Assembly: GCA_048213135.1 (NCBI GenBank)
Contig: PS015370.1
Location: 16,686-50,981 of the forward strand
DNA: 34,296 nt
DNA from: Reclinomonas americana ATCC 50394
Lineage: Eukaryota
Direction of reading: 5' to 3'
Part shown: positions 1-13,011 of the stretch, piece by piece
How positions within the stretch are numbered: position 1 is the first letter of the stretch
How the letters are laid out: each line of letters starts with the position of its first letter
Translations under genes and position numbers: made by a program
The notes under the pieces: model-generated
Databases searched by the model: none
What the model saw: the letters and a program-made list of their open reading frames with translations, nothing else
Told to the model about the DNA's origin: nothing

Positions 1-106
1 TTGTTGTTGTGCTGCCTGTTGACATGGGCGTCAGTGGCGGCGACTCTGCACCGAGGTCCATGGAGGCCGAGGAGAAGAGGCGTTGGGGGGCGAGCGGAGT
101 CGACAT
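1..106 (-). CDS. Possible 5' coding fragment of a gene running off the left edge (MSTPLAPQRLFSSASMDLGAESPPLTPMSTGSTTT...)
   Basis: ATG at 106 on the minus strand with an open frame to the window edge. S/P/T-rich sequence with no recognisable domain. Confidence 0.35.
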   Translation of the reverse strand, partial: MSTPLAPQRLFSSASMDLGAESPPLTPMSTGSTTT

Positions 107-1372
107 GATTGCGCGCGGCCCGCTCGCAACACCTGGTTGAGTGAGTGAACTTTCACCCGTTTTGAGAGAGAGAGAAGTCATCGTGTCGCAGAGGCCGGTG
201 TCGATAGGAGCACGGGGCTTGATAGCCGACCTTCTGCTCTACGCGTACGGCATGCACGGAGGCACACAAACATGCACCGCAGCGGAGATATGAGACTGAT
301 CTTGGCGTTGACATGCATGCGCAGATGCAGGATCCATCGTGAACGCTTTTACGCATAGCAGGCACACAGCTGATCCTCTGCCTTGCGATATGGCACTAAG
401 ATGGCGCCGTTGTCTGCATTACAGCAGCTCCTCTGTGCTCCGCGACAAATTTCGCGAGGTGGCGAGTAATCGGCGTTTCGTTTTTCTCCACGTGCAGAGC
501 AGCCTCTTCAGCGCCGTTTGGCCATATGGTGTAGAGCATGCACCCTGTTAAGACGAGCCGAGCTGCTGCGTCAGAGTCGGCAGCGTCACTGAGGAGGCGT
601 CGAATTACATGTGTCGATCGGCGAATTACGCAACGGCCTTAAGCGCTAGCTTGTCACCGCACTGTTTCCTTGTGAACTGCACAGCTGTGTGGTGCGCCAT
701 GTGAACGCAGTCACCAGTGAGGCGTACTGACCTGCAGGGAACCAACACGCGGAGCAACTCTGTAGCTGGCCATGGGCTGGAACGGCCACGGCCAATATTT
801 ATATTCCAGATCATGATCGCCCTCGAAGAACCGCTGGCAAACGTATTATGCCTTGCAGCAACGTCCCGTTGGCGTATACACGGCACGTTAGAGAAGGTAC
901 CTTCCATGTACCTTGCTGGAGGATAATCGACGAATGCATCGACTTTGAGCTGAATATTCGCTTGGCCAGTTTCACCCACGAAACACTGCAACCCAACGAC
1001 TGCTGCGCCGCTTGCACTGCCCATAGACTCTGCACACGGCATGCCACACATCTCCCCTCCACCTTCTCTCGCAGAGACTTGCATGAATCATGCAAGCGTG
1101 CATGTCGCGAGTGCAAGCACACAACCGTTACGGAAATCGTTCGCGGCAATTCAATCATCAGTCGAGAAGTCGCACGTTGAGCGCACGCTCTTTCGCTCAC
1201 TTTCTCTCTTTGCTTTCTCCACCCTCTGCCTCGGTGCCTCATCCTCGCGTGCGTGCAACACAGACCACGTGTCTGCGTGTGACCGCGAGCGCCGTGAGCG
1301 CACATCTTCCTTCTCCTCCTTTCTTGTCTCTCTCTCTCTCCTTGCTTTCAAGCGCGTGCGTGAGTGCACTGA

Positions 1373-4300
1373 ATGATCGCCTCACGCGCACATGGTGGCG
1401 TCCAGCACCTTCTCTATGGTACGCGCACTCCACCTTCTCTCTTTCCTGTGTCGTTCACCATGCACTCACGATGACCATCTTCTTGGGTCATCACTGCAGC
1501 ACTCGTTGTTGTGTGTGTACTTGTCGTGGTACCACACCTGGCCGTCGCCGCCGACACCACACCACTGAGTAGTGTGACGATTACGGGCTCGATCGTGCTG
1601 GCCTCTGCTGACTCGCTAACATTCTCGCTGCGGCCTTCACGATCGTACGCGCCTGCAGACGGCGCCAGCCCAATGATCGAGGTACGCAGACTCTCTGTTC
1701 CTCTCTCTCTCTCTCGTGCATAGTCTCACACTGTGCTCTCCTCTCTGCACGCGCGCAGGTCCTTCCCGACAACGACAACGCCCTTGCCATGCTTCCCCTG
1801 AACCCCGAGCTGTGCCCTTGGTCGGGCGCCTACACCCTCGTCGGTAACTCCACCGACACCACGCCAACGGCAACAGCCGACTACGGCTTTGTGGTGTGCA
1901 CGTTTGGTGAGCAATGCCACACTGTTTCTTGCACCCCTTTCCACTCGTCCTCACCGAGTCTCTCTCCCCCCTTCCAGCTCGACCACTGCAAAGCACCGGG
2001 CTACCGTACACGCGCTTCCGTGCACGAGTTTCCACGGTGGCAGGCAGCGGTCCGCAGTCGCCTGCCATGAACTCGAGTTGCGACCGTTCCCGTTGAGTGC
2101 CTTCTCGCAGCTCTGAGTCACTCATGACCCTGCTTGCAGACGTTTTGTTGCTCGACACCTCGGTGTCGGCTGCCGTTCTGTCGCTGGCCGACAGCGTGCT
2201 CACCGTGTGGTTCAAGGCCAGTGATGCGGCGGACAGCAGCTTCGGCCTGTCGCCGCGCTATGAGGTGCACTGGCCGCCAAATAATGCGAGAGAAAAGTCA
2301 TTTTTACCCACAACACTCACCTCTTGTTTCCCCACCGTTACAGATCATGGCCATGTCTGATCTGGCCACCCCTCTACAACCCGTTGTGGGCACCGACTGC
2401 GTGTGGAGCACGAATAACACCGACCCGGTGACTTGCATGTTTGCACTTACTGACAATTACAACGCCACCAGCATGTTTGCTGCTCGAGTCGCCACAAATC
2501 AAGTGGCCGGCATGCCGAGCGCCACTTTTGCGCCAGGTTTCGTATCTCTTGCTTCATTTCCTTCAGCATTCCTTTCTTTCTTCCTCATTTTGGCGCGCAG
2601 TGCAAGTGTTGAATGTCGGTGGATTCGACAGCGTGCGCGTCGTCTCTGGCTGGGTGAACGCCATCACCGTGGTGGGTACCGGCTTCTCTGGTGGCGATCA
2701 GTTCCGCGTCATCTCCACTGCCTCGTCGTGCAGTGACGTCGCCGTCACCAACGCTGCGGCCGTGGTATACTTGCAACGCTCGTGGTCTGGCCACTCGATG
2801 CACGTGCTATCGCTCGTGGTCGCTGGCGAAGGAGAGTATCAAGTGCGTCAGGGTATTCTTGCGCTTTCTATGTTGTGCACCGACGCTCATCTCCTCTGTG
2901 CATGCACGCGATCAGCTATGCATGAAGTTCGCGCAAGGCACCGTGTTTAGCGCCATTCCGTCACCACTGTCCACATTCATGGCTGTGGCTCGTTGCGTTT
3001 TCGATTCATTTCTCTGCCCCTGTCCTCTTTGTTTACCATCTCTCTCTCTCCACACACACAGCCGCGGCCTACAACTCCACTCTTGTTGGTTTCACTGGCA
3101 GTCCGGCAGTTGATCCGCAACTCGTTGATGCCGCCATTGCTGGCAAGGGTGTGTGCATTTCTCGCGTTCACACCACCACTTTTGCTTCATCACTTATGTT
3201 GCTGCGTGCCTGTTCCTCACAGGACTCACCATCGACGATGAGATCGCCGTGTCGCGCAGCCCCACTTGCGCATCGAAAGAGATCACCGGCTTCACCATTG
3301 TCGGCGCCGAGCTCATTTCCCCGGAGCTACGCACCTTCCACATTGGCGCCAGTGTCGGCGGAACGTACTATCTGTGCATTCGTTTCCGTGGGTCGGCTGC
3401 GTTGACCCCAGTGGGAACTGCACCGTTCTTGGTCACCGGTGCGACAATCCCGCAATGAGTTAGAGGAGCACCTTGCATGCGGAAACTCACTCCACACCTT
3501 CTCTCTCTCTGTTCGCGTCTCCTTGCACTCCCGCAGGTATCGTCGCCAACATTGCACCGGCTGTTCTGCTGACGGACCGTGCCTCCAATCTCACCATTAT
3601 CGGCTCCGCGCTCACCTCCGACGACAAATTCTTCTTTGTCCGCAGCAACTGCGCGGCCGCCGATCCAGCCACCAACTCCTCCGGCGTGGAGGTGCAGGTG
3701 TTGCCGGGAAGAAATTCCACAGTTACTCAGCTGCAATCCACTGCACGTGGGCTCGGCGACTTTAGGCTCTGTGCTCTGTATGCCAACAGCACGCAACCGG
3801 TGGACACGGGCTTGTCGATCACTGCACATGGTTTGTTCGAATTGCTCTCTCGACATTGCTTTCCTTTACTTCCGCGTACTCACCTGCCCCCGTCCGTGGC
3901 ACTACAGCCGAATTGAACGGCATTGCACCCTCCATTACCGTGGTCTCCATGGCTGTCACTGTGTCGGTGAATGGTATTGGCCTGCGGCCGCAGTTCGGCT
4001 ACAAGTTCGTGTCGGTGTCGGAGAACGACGGTTGCGGTTTCCCGAACAGCGATGCCGATGCCGCCGCCCCGATTCACTCCGTAGCGACGGCCTCCGATGG
4101 ATCTGCTGCCACTCTTGAGCTCAGCACACCTGCCGTGGCCAGTACACTCTCGCTCTGCATGCGCGAATCCGTCGACGCGCCGTACGGGCGAACACTACTC
4201 TCGCTGACCGTGCGCAGTTGAGTCTTTTCGATCCGTCGCCCTCATGTTTAGCACAACTAACGTGTCCCGCCCGAACGCCACAGCTGTTGCGGTTGCGGAG

Positions 4301-7300
4301 AGTGTGTTGCCGTCCTTTGTGCGCGCCGGCGCCGGACTGATCAGCACCATCACACTGGTTGGCAACAATTTTGAGGAGTCGACGGCCATTCGTCTGGTAG
4401 CATTCGATCAGAGTGCCTCGTGCAACATGAACGGGGAGCCGAGCAATTCGCCTGCCGTTCTCTCGCTCACCACAGCGCGACCGACCTCCACTCACTTCCT
4501 CGTCACTGTCACTGTCGACTCACCGGGCAACTTTGTGGTGAGGCGCTGAGGGCGAACGAATTTTTGCTTTTTTGCACCCGACTTCTGATCCCCTCTCTCT
4601 TCACCACGCAGCTGTGCATCAAGCCAAGCGACATTCTACCGTACGAACAAGTCGGTGGTGTCATCAAGAGCATTCCCCGTTGCGTCTCAGTGTTCCTCCT
4701 TCAGTTTCTCTCCTCATCCTCATCTCACCTTTCTTCGCAGCGCAAGCCACATCTTCGTCGTTGCAGGAAATGCAGGCAACGCAGGCGAACTCGCAGCCGC
4801 AGGTGTTCCCGCTGACCGTCTATGGCAATGCACTGGATCCGACCGACAGGCTGATGGCTTCGGCGTTTGGAAGCGGCTGCGCTGAACTGCCGGCCAATGT
4901 GGTGAACTTGGCCACGCCGTTTGCCACCGCCAACAGCACCATGTACTCCACCACTATCTCGGCCACGGTCGGCGGCTATTATGAGCTGTGCGTCAGCTTC
5001 CAGAACCGCACGCCAAAGACTCGTGTGCTGTCAAGTGGACTTGTTGTGCGCGGTGCGTCGTCGAGAGCCAGACGGTCTCCAATCCTTCATTATCAGCCAC
5101 TCACCTCTTGTCGCACGCGCAAACTAGGTCTCGTGGAGTCGGTGTCGCCCCTGTCGGTGCCGGCCGACAAGCCGTCCATCGTCACAGTCCGTGGGTTTGC
5201 CTTTGCCGCGAACGACACTTTCATTGCGATTCCGGCGACGGCCTCGTGCACCTCCCCTCCACCAACGGCCACCACCACGCTGATTCGAGATGCAAGCCAG
5301 TCGACACCCACAACTGTGGTGCTGACACTAACGCCGGTGCTCGGTGGCACTGTCGATGTTCGACTCTGTGTGCGATACTCTGGCGTTTTGGCACCGGTCG
5401 CGGCGACGACATCCATTATCTCCGTTGTCCGTTGCGTTTCTTCATCCACTGATTGTTCACTAGCGCACTGCTCATTTTTGCTGACTTCATGTTGTACAGC
5501 GCGCCTCGACAGTGTGTCACCACTTCGCATGCTGCGCAGCAGTCGCACCACCATTACCGTCCGCGGCGTCGGTCTGCGATCGACTCTGCAGCTGCGAGCG
5601 GTGATGGCCGACACACCAACCGGCTGTGGCAACTCGACCAGTCTGATCGACTCGGTGGCGGCGTTCTCGTTGACCACTGTGGATCTGTCGGGTGAGACAG
5701 CGTCGTTTATCATGGAGCCACTGCGCTCTGGTTCGCTTCTGCTGTGCACGCGAACCAACCAGTCGGCGACATTCACGGCGCTGCAGCCCGGCACTGGCAT
5801 GACCATTCTTGGTTGGTGTAGACGTTGGGAGGGGCTGTGCGTGTGTGTTTCTGTGATTCGTTGACTGATGAGCTTGCAGATTTGGTGACCTCCATGAGCC
5901 CGCTGGCCCTGCGTGCCGGTACCGATCTGGTGAATCGTGTGACTCTCGCCGGCAACATGTTCCGTCCGGACGATATTGTGGCGGTGGGCGATCCCAGCTT
6001 GCCGTGCTCCGCCGTCAGCGCAATCGCTCTCTCCATGCTGGTGTCGAGTCCTTTCAACGGGAACAACACGCTTGCCACGGCGACACCGCCACCGTTGCAG
6101 CCCATTGCACCATCACGGCAGTCGAGCGCGGCAGTGACGTTTGTCAATGTCACATCCACTACCGACACGATGCACACTGTCGACGTTGTCGTGCGCTTGC
6201 CTGGCACTTACACGGTCTGGCCTCAATCAGTCTCGTTGTGGAGATTTGCCTGCATGGTCCTCACTGAACATCACGATGCAGCTGTGCGTCAAATCCGCTC
6301 TGCTGAACACCTTTATCGTGCCAAGCAGCAATACCACTCTGGTGGCGCTCCTGCGTTGCGTCACTCTGCATCTCACTTCCCCCGTAAAATGTCATGCTCA
6401 CTGCGCATCGCATGCACAGCCTCTGCCTCCACAACCGTCACAGAACACATCATTCCCGTCAGCTTGCCGTCGCCTTCCCCGCCATCCATCGTGCCGCTCA
6501 CCCTGCAAGGCGTCATGTTCACGCCTGCAGACACATTCAGTTTCGTGGACGCCTCGACTGTTGGCGGTTGTGCTCTGCCGGGCAACTCGACTGCACGTGT
6601 GGTAGACGCCACGTTCAAGTCCAACACCACGTTTGTGCTCTCTGTGGCCGCCACTGGCGGCGGACACGTGCAGTTGTGTGTGCGCTTTGCGTTGCGCGTG
6701 CAGCCTGAACCGGTCGCCGAGGGCGAATTCATTTGTCGAGGTGCGTGTGATTCGTGATCTGCACCATTGCTGGATTCTCCTTCTCACTTGCTCTCTGCAG
6801 GCGCGTTGCGCTCCATCTCTCCCACGAGCGCGGTTGCCACGACAGTGGCACTGCCGGTCACATTCTCGGGATACGGCTTCACATCGGCCGATATTGTGAT
6901 CCTCATTCGCCTGGCGACCCCGTCCGCTGCCGTCTCCTGTGGCACACTGGCCACAGCAACAACACCGACCACCGACATGTTCGTGGCCTCGAGTGTGGTG
7001 GCCGACACCGCCGGCTTGGTGGCCGTGGTCACGTTTGGCCAGCTATCGGTGCCCGGTGGATGGTTTGGAGTATGCATTGGTGCGGCCGGTAGCAGCATGT
7101 TTGCCGCGCAACCGCAAGTGGTGTTCCAAGTCAAGCGTGCGTACCTCGATGTTTTTGGTGAGCTTCCACTTGTTCCTCTATTCACTCACCACCTCTTGCA
7201 TGGCGTCTCTTGGCAGCATCGTACACGTCGGTGCTTCCGCTGCAATTCGACACCATGTCGCCCGCACCCTTTGTCATCACTGGCGTGGGCCTGTACAAGG

Positions 7301-10300
7301 GAACGAGTCTGCGCTTTGTGCACGACGCTGGAGCCGGTAGCTGCGGTGGCACTGCGGTGGTAGACGCAACATTGCCGACGATCAGCGGCATCACAATGCA
7401 GCCCGACGGCACTGCGCTCTCCGGCACTTTTTCGGCCATCAAGAGCGGCAGCTACCGCTTGTGCGCACTCGCCGACATTTCGTTCGAGTGGGTAGCGATG
7501 CCCAGCACGGTGTCTGTGGTGGCCGATTCCATTGTGCCCACAAACGTTACCGTCACTGGCATTGTCGTGGACGGCTTTGTCATCTCGTGGGACTCGCGAG
7601 TGTCCAACAGCACCAAGAGCACGATTGATCGCTTCTCGGTCGTTTTCTCCACCCCCGGCTCCACTGCGGCCACCGAGCTCACCGCCGCGTTTGACGTGAC
7701 ATCGGTTCGCCAGTCGGTACGTTGCCCGACGTGCGACGACAGTCCCACGCATGCATCTCATTACTTAATTTGATGTTCTTCCCCTGTGGCAGCTGCGTGT
7801 CACCGGACTGGCCTCCGAGACGTTTGTGTCGTCGCTGCGTGTGTACCCGTGGATCAAGAGCACCGGAAAGCGCTACAGCGATTACGGGGAACCGTCACCC
7901 AACTCGTTGACCACGCTCACCACTGGCACGTTCAAAATATGATTGTCGGGTGATTGCAAGTGGCTCTGCTTATGACTAAAGTCTCTGTTGTCGCGCAGCT
8001 CCGACTGCGGCACCCGCCGATGTGAAACTGTCTGGCATGACCTCGGAGCCACGCAGCTTATTGCTGCAGTGGAGCGCTGTCACCATTGTCGGCTTGACGA
8101 CCAAGTTCAACTATGTGGCGCAGTATCAGCGTGTTGGAGGCTCCGCGTGGCTCCCCCAGAATCCGGTACCCATTGGTCAACTGAGCACGAAATTCATGGG
8201 ATTGTTGGCCGGTACGGGCATGTGAAGTGGTGCAGACAAAAGGGGTAGATGATTCATTCAATCTCTGCATTCGCTGCAGGTGTGTCGTATCGCGCGCGCG
8301 TCAAGGCCGTGTCCAATGGAGGCGACGGTCCGTGGTCATCGTTGGCCACTGCATCCACAGCCACGGATGGTAATTTGCGAAGTCTTCTCTCGCCTTCCGT
8401 CTAGTCGTCTCTGACACCAATGCCCTTTGCACAATGCAGGCTCACCTCTGCCTCCGACGAATGTGACTGTCAGCACAAGCCCAGTGCGTGTGGCCTGGCA
8501 ACAACCGACAGCACTCTCCACCATCACCGTCGACTCGTTCCTCATCGTCTTCTCTTACTCGGGGTGAGTTGTGCAAGAGTCGAAAGTCACAAACCCTGCG
8601 CACTTGCATCTCATTCATCAGTGCAGTGGTGCCGAGACGCGTGTGACAGTACCCGACGCTGCGGCGCGGTTCTTCTTGCCGACCGTGGACAAGCTGCCGG
8701 TCGGCATCGATATTGCGTGTCGCATGCAAGCCATTGCCGGCAACAGCCAGAGTCCGTACTCGGATGCTGCTGTCTTCCAGCTGGCAGCCGCCAGCACGGC
8801 TTCGGGACCCTCACTGTTCCTCACCTTCCCCGATCCGTCCAACCCCACGGGCTTGTACGATGGCTCACCGGTTGGTGGCCAATTGATGCTCACCGACCAG
8901 TCGGTGGCCGGCGGCACGGCCAACATTAACCTGTTGGCGGCCGGCGATGCACTGCAGTTGCGCACAGTAACTTCTTGTGAATTACTGGGGGAAACGAAAA
9001 AAACACTCACCTCTGAGCTTGCGGCAGATTCGACACTGGCGGCGTGGCGCTGGTGCAGCTGTCAGTGACGACATCTGCAACGGTGAGTTTGAGGGAGTAC
9101 ACAACGTCCCTCCGTCGTGCTCGTCTAACGCCCACATTCCAATGCTCAGGCGGGCTCCACTGGCACTCTTGTTCGCTCTTTCGACTTGAGTGCTCGCGCC
9201 GTGTCCATCTCCAAGATGACGACCTCGTCCATTGCGACACGTGACACTGCTCCCGCTGCTGGTGCACCAAGTGGCAGCAACGCGTGGCGTCAACCGCTGA
9301 CGCTGACCGCCACCATTTCGCCACCGGTGCGTTTATACTGCGGTGTATGCGCTGAGGGCCACCGAACTCATGCATGGTTGCGCGTGCGCAGAGTGAGACT
9401 GCAGCTCTCATGGTGTCGACCTCGTCCGGTGGATGGGTGGGTGCCGACGGTCCCTTGTGCTCCAATTTCCCAGATGCCCCCAGACCCTCGTACGACAAGG
9501 CGTCCGGTGTTCTGCAGGTGCCGATTTGCGGTGCCGGCTCGTTTGGTCTCATGCGCAATGTTGGCGTCGTCACTCGTGCGTTACTCGATTCCCGTGCTTG
9601 CTGTCGAACGCCGCCACTCACATAATGGGCCTCCATATCACACAGCTCCACCCTCCAACTCGGGCGACTCGGGGAGCGGCACCAACGGCAACGGTTCCTC
9701 CGGTAGCGGAACCACGCAGTCACTGGCCAAACCCTGGTACCGCAGCGCCGGTGCCATTGCCGGTATCAGCGCCGGTGCGGCGGCAGCCTTTGCTCTCATC
9801 ATCCTTCTCATTGTGGTGATTGTGAGAAGACGCCGTGCCAAGCGCCTGGAGAGCAACAAAGTTGCGCGCGCTCGCACACGTGTGTATACGCACTTTAGCG
9901 ACCAGCAGTCTCACTCTTCTTCCCGCGTGTGTTCGCACAGGCTGGACTCACGATCACTGCGGCGGACGACCCCAACGGTGCCAACAAGTGGCCGATTCGT
10001 GACGAGAGGCGACACTCGGCGATCGGCTTGCTGGATCCGACAAGCCTCCACAGTCCCATGGCTGGCGCACAGCCGCCGGCGTCGCCAAGCGCATTCAAGC
10101 ACCTCAGTACGCCCAAGTTGGTGGCGGGGGCAGCCGGCAGCGATTTGGCCACGGAGAGTGGCTCCGAGTCGACAAAGCGCGCCACCATGATGCAGACGCT
10201 GAGCGACATGTCGACGACACATCCGTCGAGTGCCGGCAGCTTCGGTTCCATGTCACGCGACATCAACTCGGAGTTCGCCCGGACGCCAGGCAGTCAGCCA

Positions 10301-10843
10301 CCTCACGACCACGCGCCGCATCACATCGGAACGACGTTTGTCACTTTCGACTTTGATGGCATGACTGCGGACGACTTGCCGAGTGAGTACCTGGAGACGC
10401 TGGCCGACTCGCCAGTCGGCGACGGTCACGGCGGCGACGGATCGAGTGCACCGGCTATGCTAACACCACAGCCAGCCACTCCCTCCGGCACCTTCATGCG
10501 ACCAATGGCCCTCTCGCCACGCACCATGGCCGACGACGGGTGGACCGTGGTGCGCGAGGACCGCAACCTCTCGCCGGCCTCGGCCGCCGCCTTGGCACGT
10601 CGTCAACATCACCACGGTTCGTCGGGAAGCATCAGCCCCGCCGAGAGCGAAGACGTCGCCACGGCGTCGTGGGCTCACGTGGCGCCACCAGCCACGGAAT
10701 CAATTTTGGATGTCACTCGCACGCGACGAGCAGTGGCGGCCACCACCGGCGGCCTGCCCAGCGGACGCAACAGCGCGCGTCCCTTCCAGACCGGCACCTC
10801 TCCACCCAAGAGTCGCGTACCGGTCTTCCTCAAGCCGCAGTGA
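1373..10843 (+). CDS. Large type-I cell-surface protein: signal peptide, tandem ~100-aa Cys-containing Ig/IPT-TIG-like repeats, about 3 fibronectin type III domains, one TM helix and an S/T/P-rich cytoplasmic tail (~32 exons, ~2,300-2,400 aa)
   Basis: Splicing 1419-1499 joins MIASRAHGGVQHLLY to ALVVVCVLVVVPHLAVAAD, a signal peptide. About 31 short introns keep the frame to TGA at 10841-10843. Repeats follow 'V.P...T(I/V).G..F...D...C...G.Y.LC' (e.g. GGTYYLC, GGYYELC, GSYRLC). FN3 signatures at ~7530-8780 (PTNVTV..FVISW; PADVKL..LLLQW..GLLAGVSYRARVKA). TM AGAIAGISAGAAAAFALIILLIVVIV followed by RRRRAKR at ~9746-9845. Confidence 0.85.
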
Positions 10844-10967
10844 GCAACAGCGAAAACGAAAACAAGAAGAGCATGTGTGCAGCGACGCCACCAGCAGCTG
10901 CAGTATTAGTTTGTGTGTGTATACGATGATGCATATTGGCACTCTAAAGCAAAACAAGCGGGGAGGG

Positions 10968-11584
10968 TCACTTGGTCTCCTCCTGGAGGGTGGGAGCAGG
11001 AAGTGAGGTCATGGTCAGCGATGTTGTGCTGCATGAGTCGCACCTCTACATCCCAGCCGTCGTCTCTCAGCTCCTGAATGAGTTCCGCGGCGCGCTGTTT
11101 GGGCAGGTGAGAAGGGAGGGTGAAGGGGAAGGGAGAAGAGGGGAAGGGAGGGGAATGGGAAAGGGAAGGGAGGGGAAGGGGAAAGGGAAGGAGAAGAGGA
11201 AAGGGAAGGAGAAGAAGAAAAGGAAGGCAGGCAAGGGAAGGTAAGAGACGAGAGAGTTCTGCAGACAGAGACAGGCACAGAGGGAGAGAAGGGAGAGTGA
11301 CGCAACGTCATCGGCAGGTGATGAGTGTGATTCTGCAGGCTCCGCATCTCCATAACGCGACCGATAGGCAAAGAAGAGTGCAGTGAGGGAGCCCACCAGG
11401 AGGAGCACAGCACGTGCGCCACGCTGTACGTGAGAGACAGAGACGCACACACAAATGCAGAGGGTGAGACAAGGCGACAAGAGGCAATGCATTCTGGATG
11501 TGCATGTGCAAAGACCTTGGTGACTTGGCGCACAATACCCATCGCCTCCTCAAAGTTCTTGTCGGGTATGGGTGCACTGCTCAT
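10968..11584 (-). CDS. ~83 aa four-exon single-pass membrane microprotein of unknown function
   Basis: Three phase-0 GT-AG introns join MSSAPIPDKNFEEAMGIVRQVTK | RGARAVLLLVGSLTALFFAYRSRYGDAEPAESHSSPADD | RAAELIQELRDDGWDVE | EETK-stop. One hydrophobic segment (AVLLLVGSLTALFFAY). Confidence 0.6.
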
Positions 11585-11750
11585 CTCCCCTGACGCCACA
11601 ACTGAAGACACAAGCACACGAGAGACACAAAGAGACAGGACTTTTTTTACTAATCGGAGCCTCGTCGTCACCTGGCACCACTCTCCAACCGCGACGATAC
11701 AAAGCCTGCACAACCACAAGCAACATGTCAGTCAGCTACTTTCCCCTGCT

Positions 11751-13011
11751 CTATTTGCTCATGTGCTTGTGGAGCGCACCTGTGAGCTCGGCCACTTGTC
11801 GACGTTCCTCTTCTATCTTGACGCGCAGCTTGGCCTGTCGTCGCTCCTCCCGTGCCTTTTTGCGTGCCCGCTCCTCTCGTTCTCGACTGCGTGAGGTGCG
11901 GCAGTGAGCAACGAAGGCGAGGGCATAAATGGAACTGCGAGCGCAGACGACGCAACAGCTGCGCGATAACGACACGAGCTTGTTTCAGCTTTTTCGCGGC
12001 GGGCTTGATCTGCTCCGGTTGTGCCATGTACTGAATGCGCTCGGCGCCCTCGGCAAGCACACGATCGACCTCGTCGAGACGCGCCTCGTGCTCGTCGACA
12101 CGCGCGCCCACCAATTGTCGCAGCGTGACGCCCGACGCGGAGGCAGCCAGTGCCGCCCGCAGTGCCGCCAACGCAATAAGCATGGGATGGAAGAGGAACT
12201 GAGCGTCGGTGGCCAGCGACGTGCGCACTGCGGTCTTGGCACGCTCCCAGGTGCTGGCCGATACGCGCTGCGCCACATCCTTGCACCGAATCCCATCCAG
12301 GAAGCGATACGGATGATGAAAGTGCAAGTGGAAGAGCGTGCCGGCGGCCACAGTCAGCTCCATGGCCAGCACATCATCCATGGAGATACGCTCGTCGGAG
12401 ATCTCCGACATGCGCTGCACCAGATCGCGCACCGTGACCGCATACAGCTCCTCGGCCTTGCAGGCCAGATACAGACAGGCGACAGTGACTAGCACGGGGT
12501 CGTGCTCGGCCACCGAGTTGCGAATGTAGAATCGCTTGAAGAGAGACATGGCTGAGGCCTCGACGACCAGTGGCAGGTGCAAGCGCACGGCCAAGTCGGG
12601 CATCTTGGCCAGGAAGTGATGCTGCAGCACCAGCTCTTCGTCCACAGTCAACCAGTTGCGCTGGAGGGTGGTTAGCGCGCTCTTGCGCTTCTTCTCGCCA
12701 CCAGAGGACTGTGGGAGGGGAGGAGAGGAGGAGAAGAGTGAGGACAAGTCAAATGCCAGTGTGCGTGATCATCATCTCCTGTCACACACCTCCGCTGCGG
12801 CCGCTGCCTCCTCATCCTCCGCCCGCGCCAGCTCCACCAGGCGCGTCTTGACGGCCTCCAGTGCCTCCTCTCGCCACAGCCTCAACGCGTCCACGTCACT
12901 CACCATCCAGTGACGCGCCTGACTGCTGTCGTCGAAGAAGGCATCACCTCCTCCTCCTTGTCCTCCTCCTCCTCCAGATGCCACACCACTGCTGCTGCCG
13001 CCTTCACTCAT
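11751..13011 (-). CDS. CCNH: Cyclin H-like cyclin (CAK/TFIIH CDK7 partner), 3 exons
   Basis: N-terminal FDDSSQARHW resembles the cyclin H 'SSQxRxW' motif. Cyclin box LTVDEE...ASAMSLFKRFYIRNSVAEHDPVLVTVACLYLACKAEE, then FHLHFHHPYRFLDG and TDAQFLFHPMLIALAAL. Intron 11956-11887 joins a charged C-terminus ending HKHMSK-stop. Confidence 0.85.

Noticed and set aside
107-1372. Several 70-165 aa ORFs
   Set aside because: No recognisable domains or consistent splice pattern. Most likely divergent promoter/UTR sequence.
1460-1474. In-frame ATG...TGA just before the signal peptide, suggesting stop readthrough or a reassigned TGA
   Set aside because: It lies inside intron 1419-1499. The upstream ATG at 1373 gives a clean model, and genes end in TGA, TAA and TAG normally, so there is no evidence for an alternative code.
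11105-11245. Purine-rich K/G/E/R ORF (GKGREGKGKGKEKRK...)
   Set aside because: Low-complexity polypyrimidine tract of a minus-strand intron, not coding.
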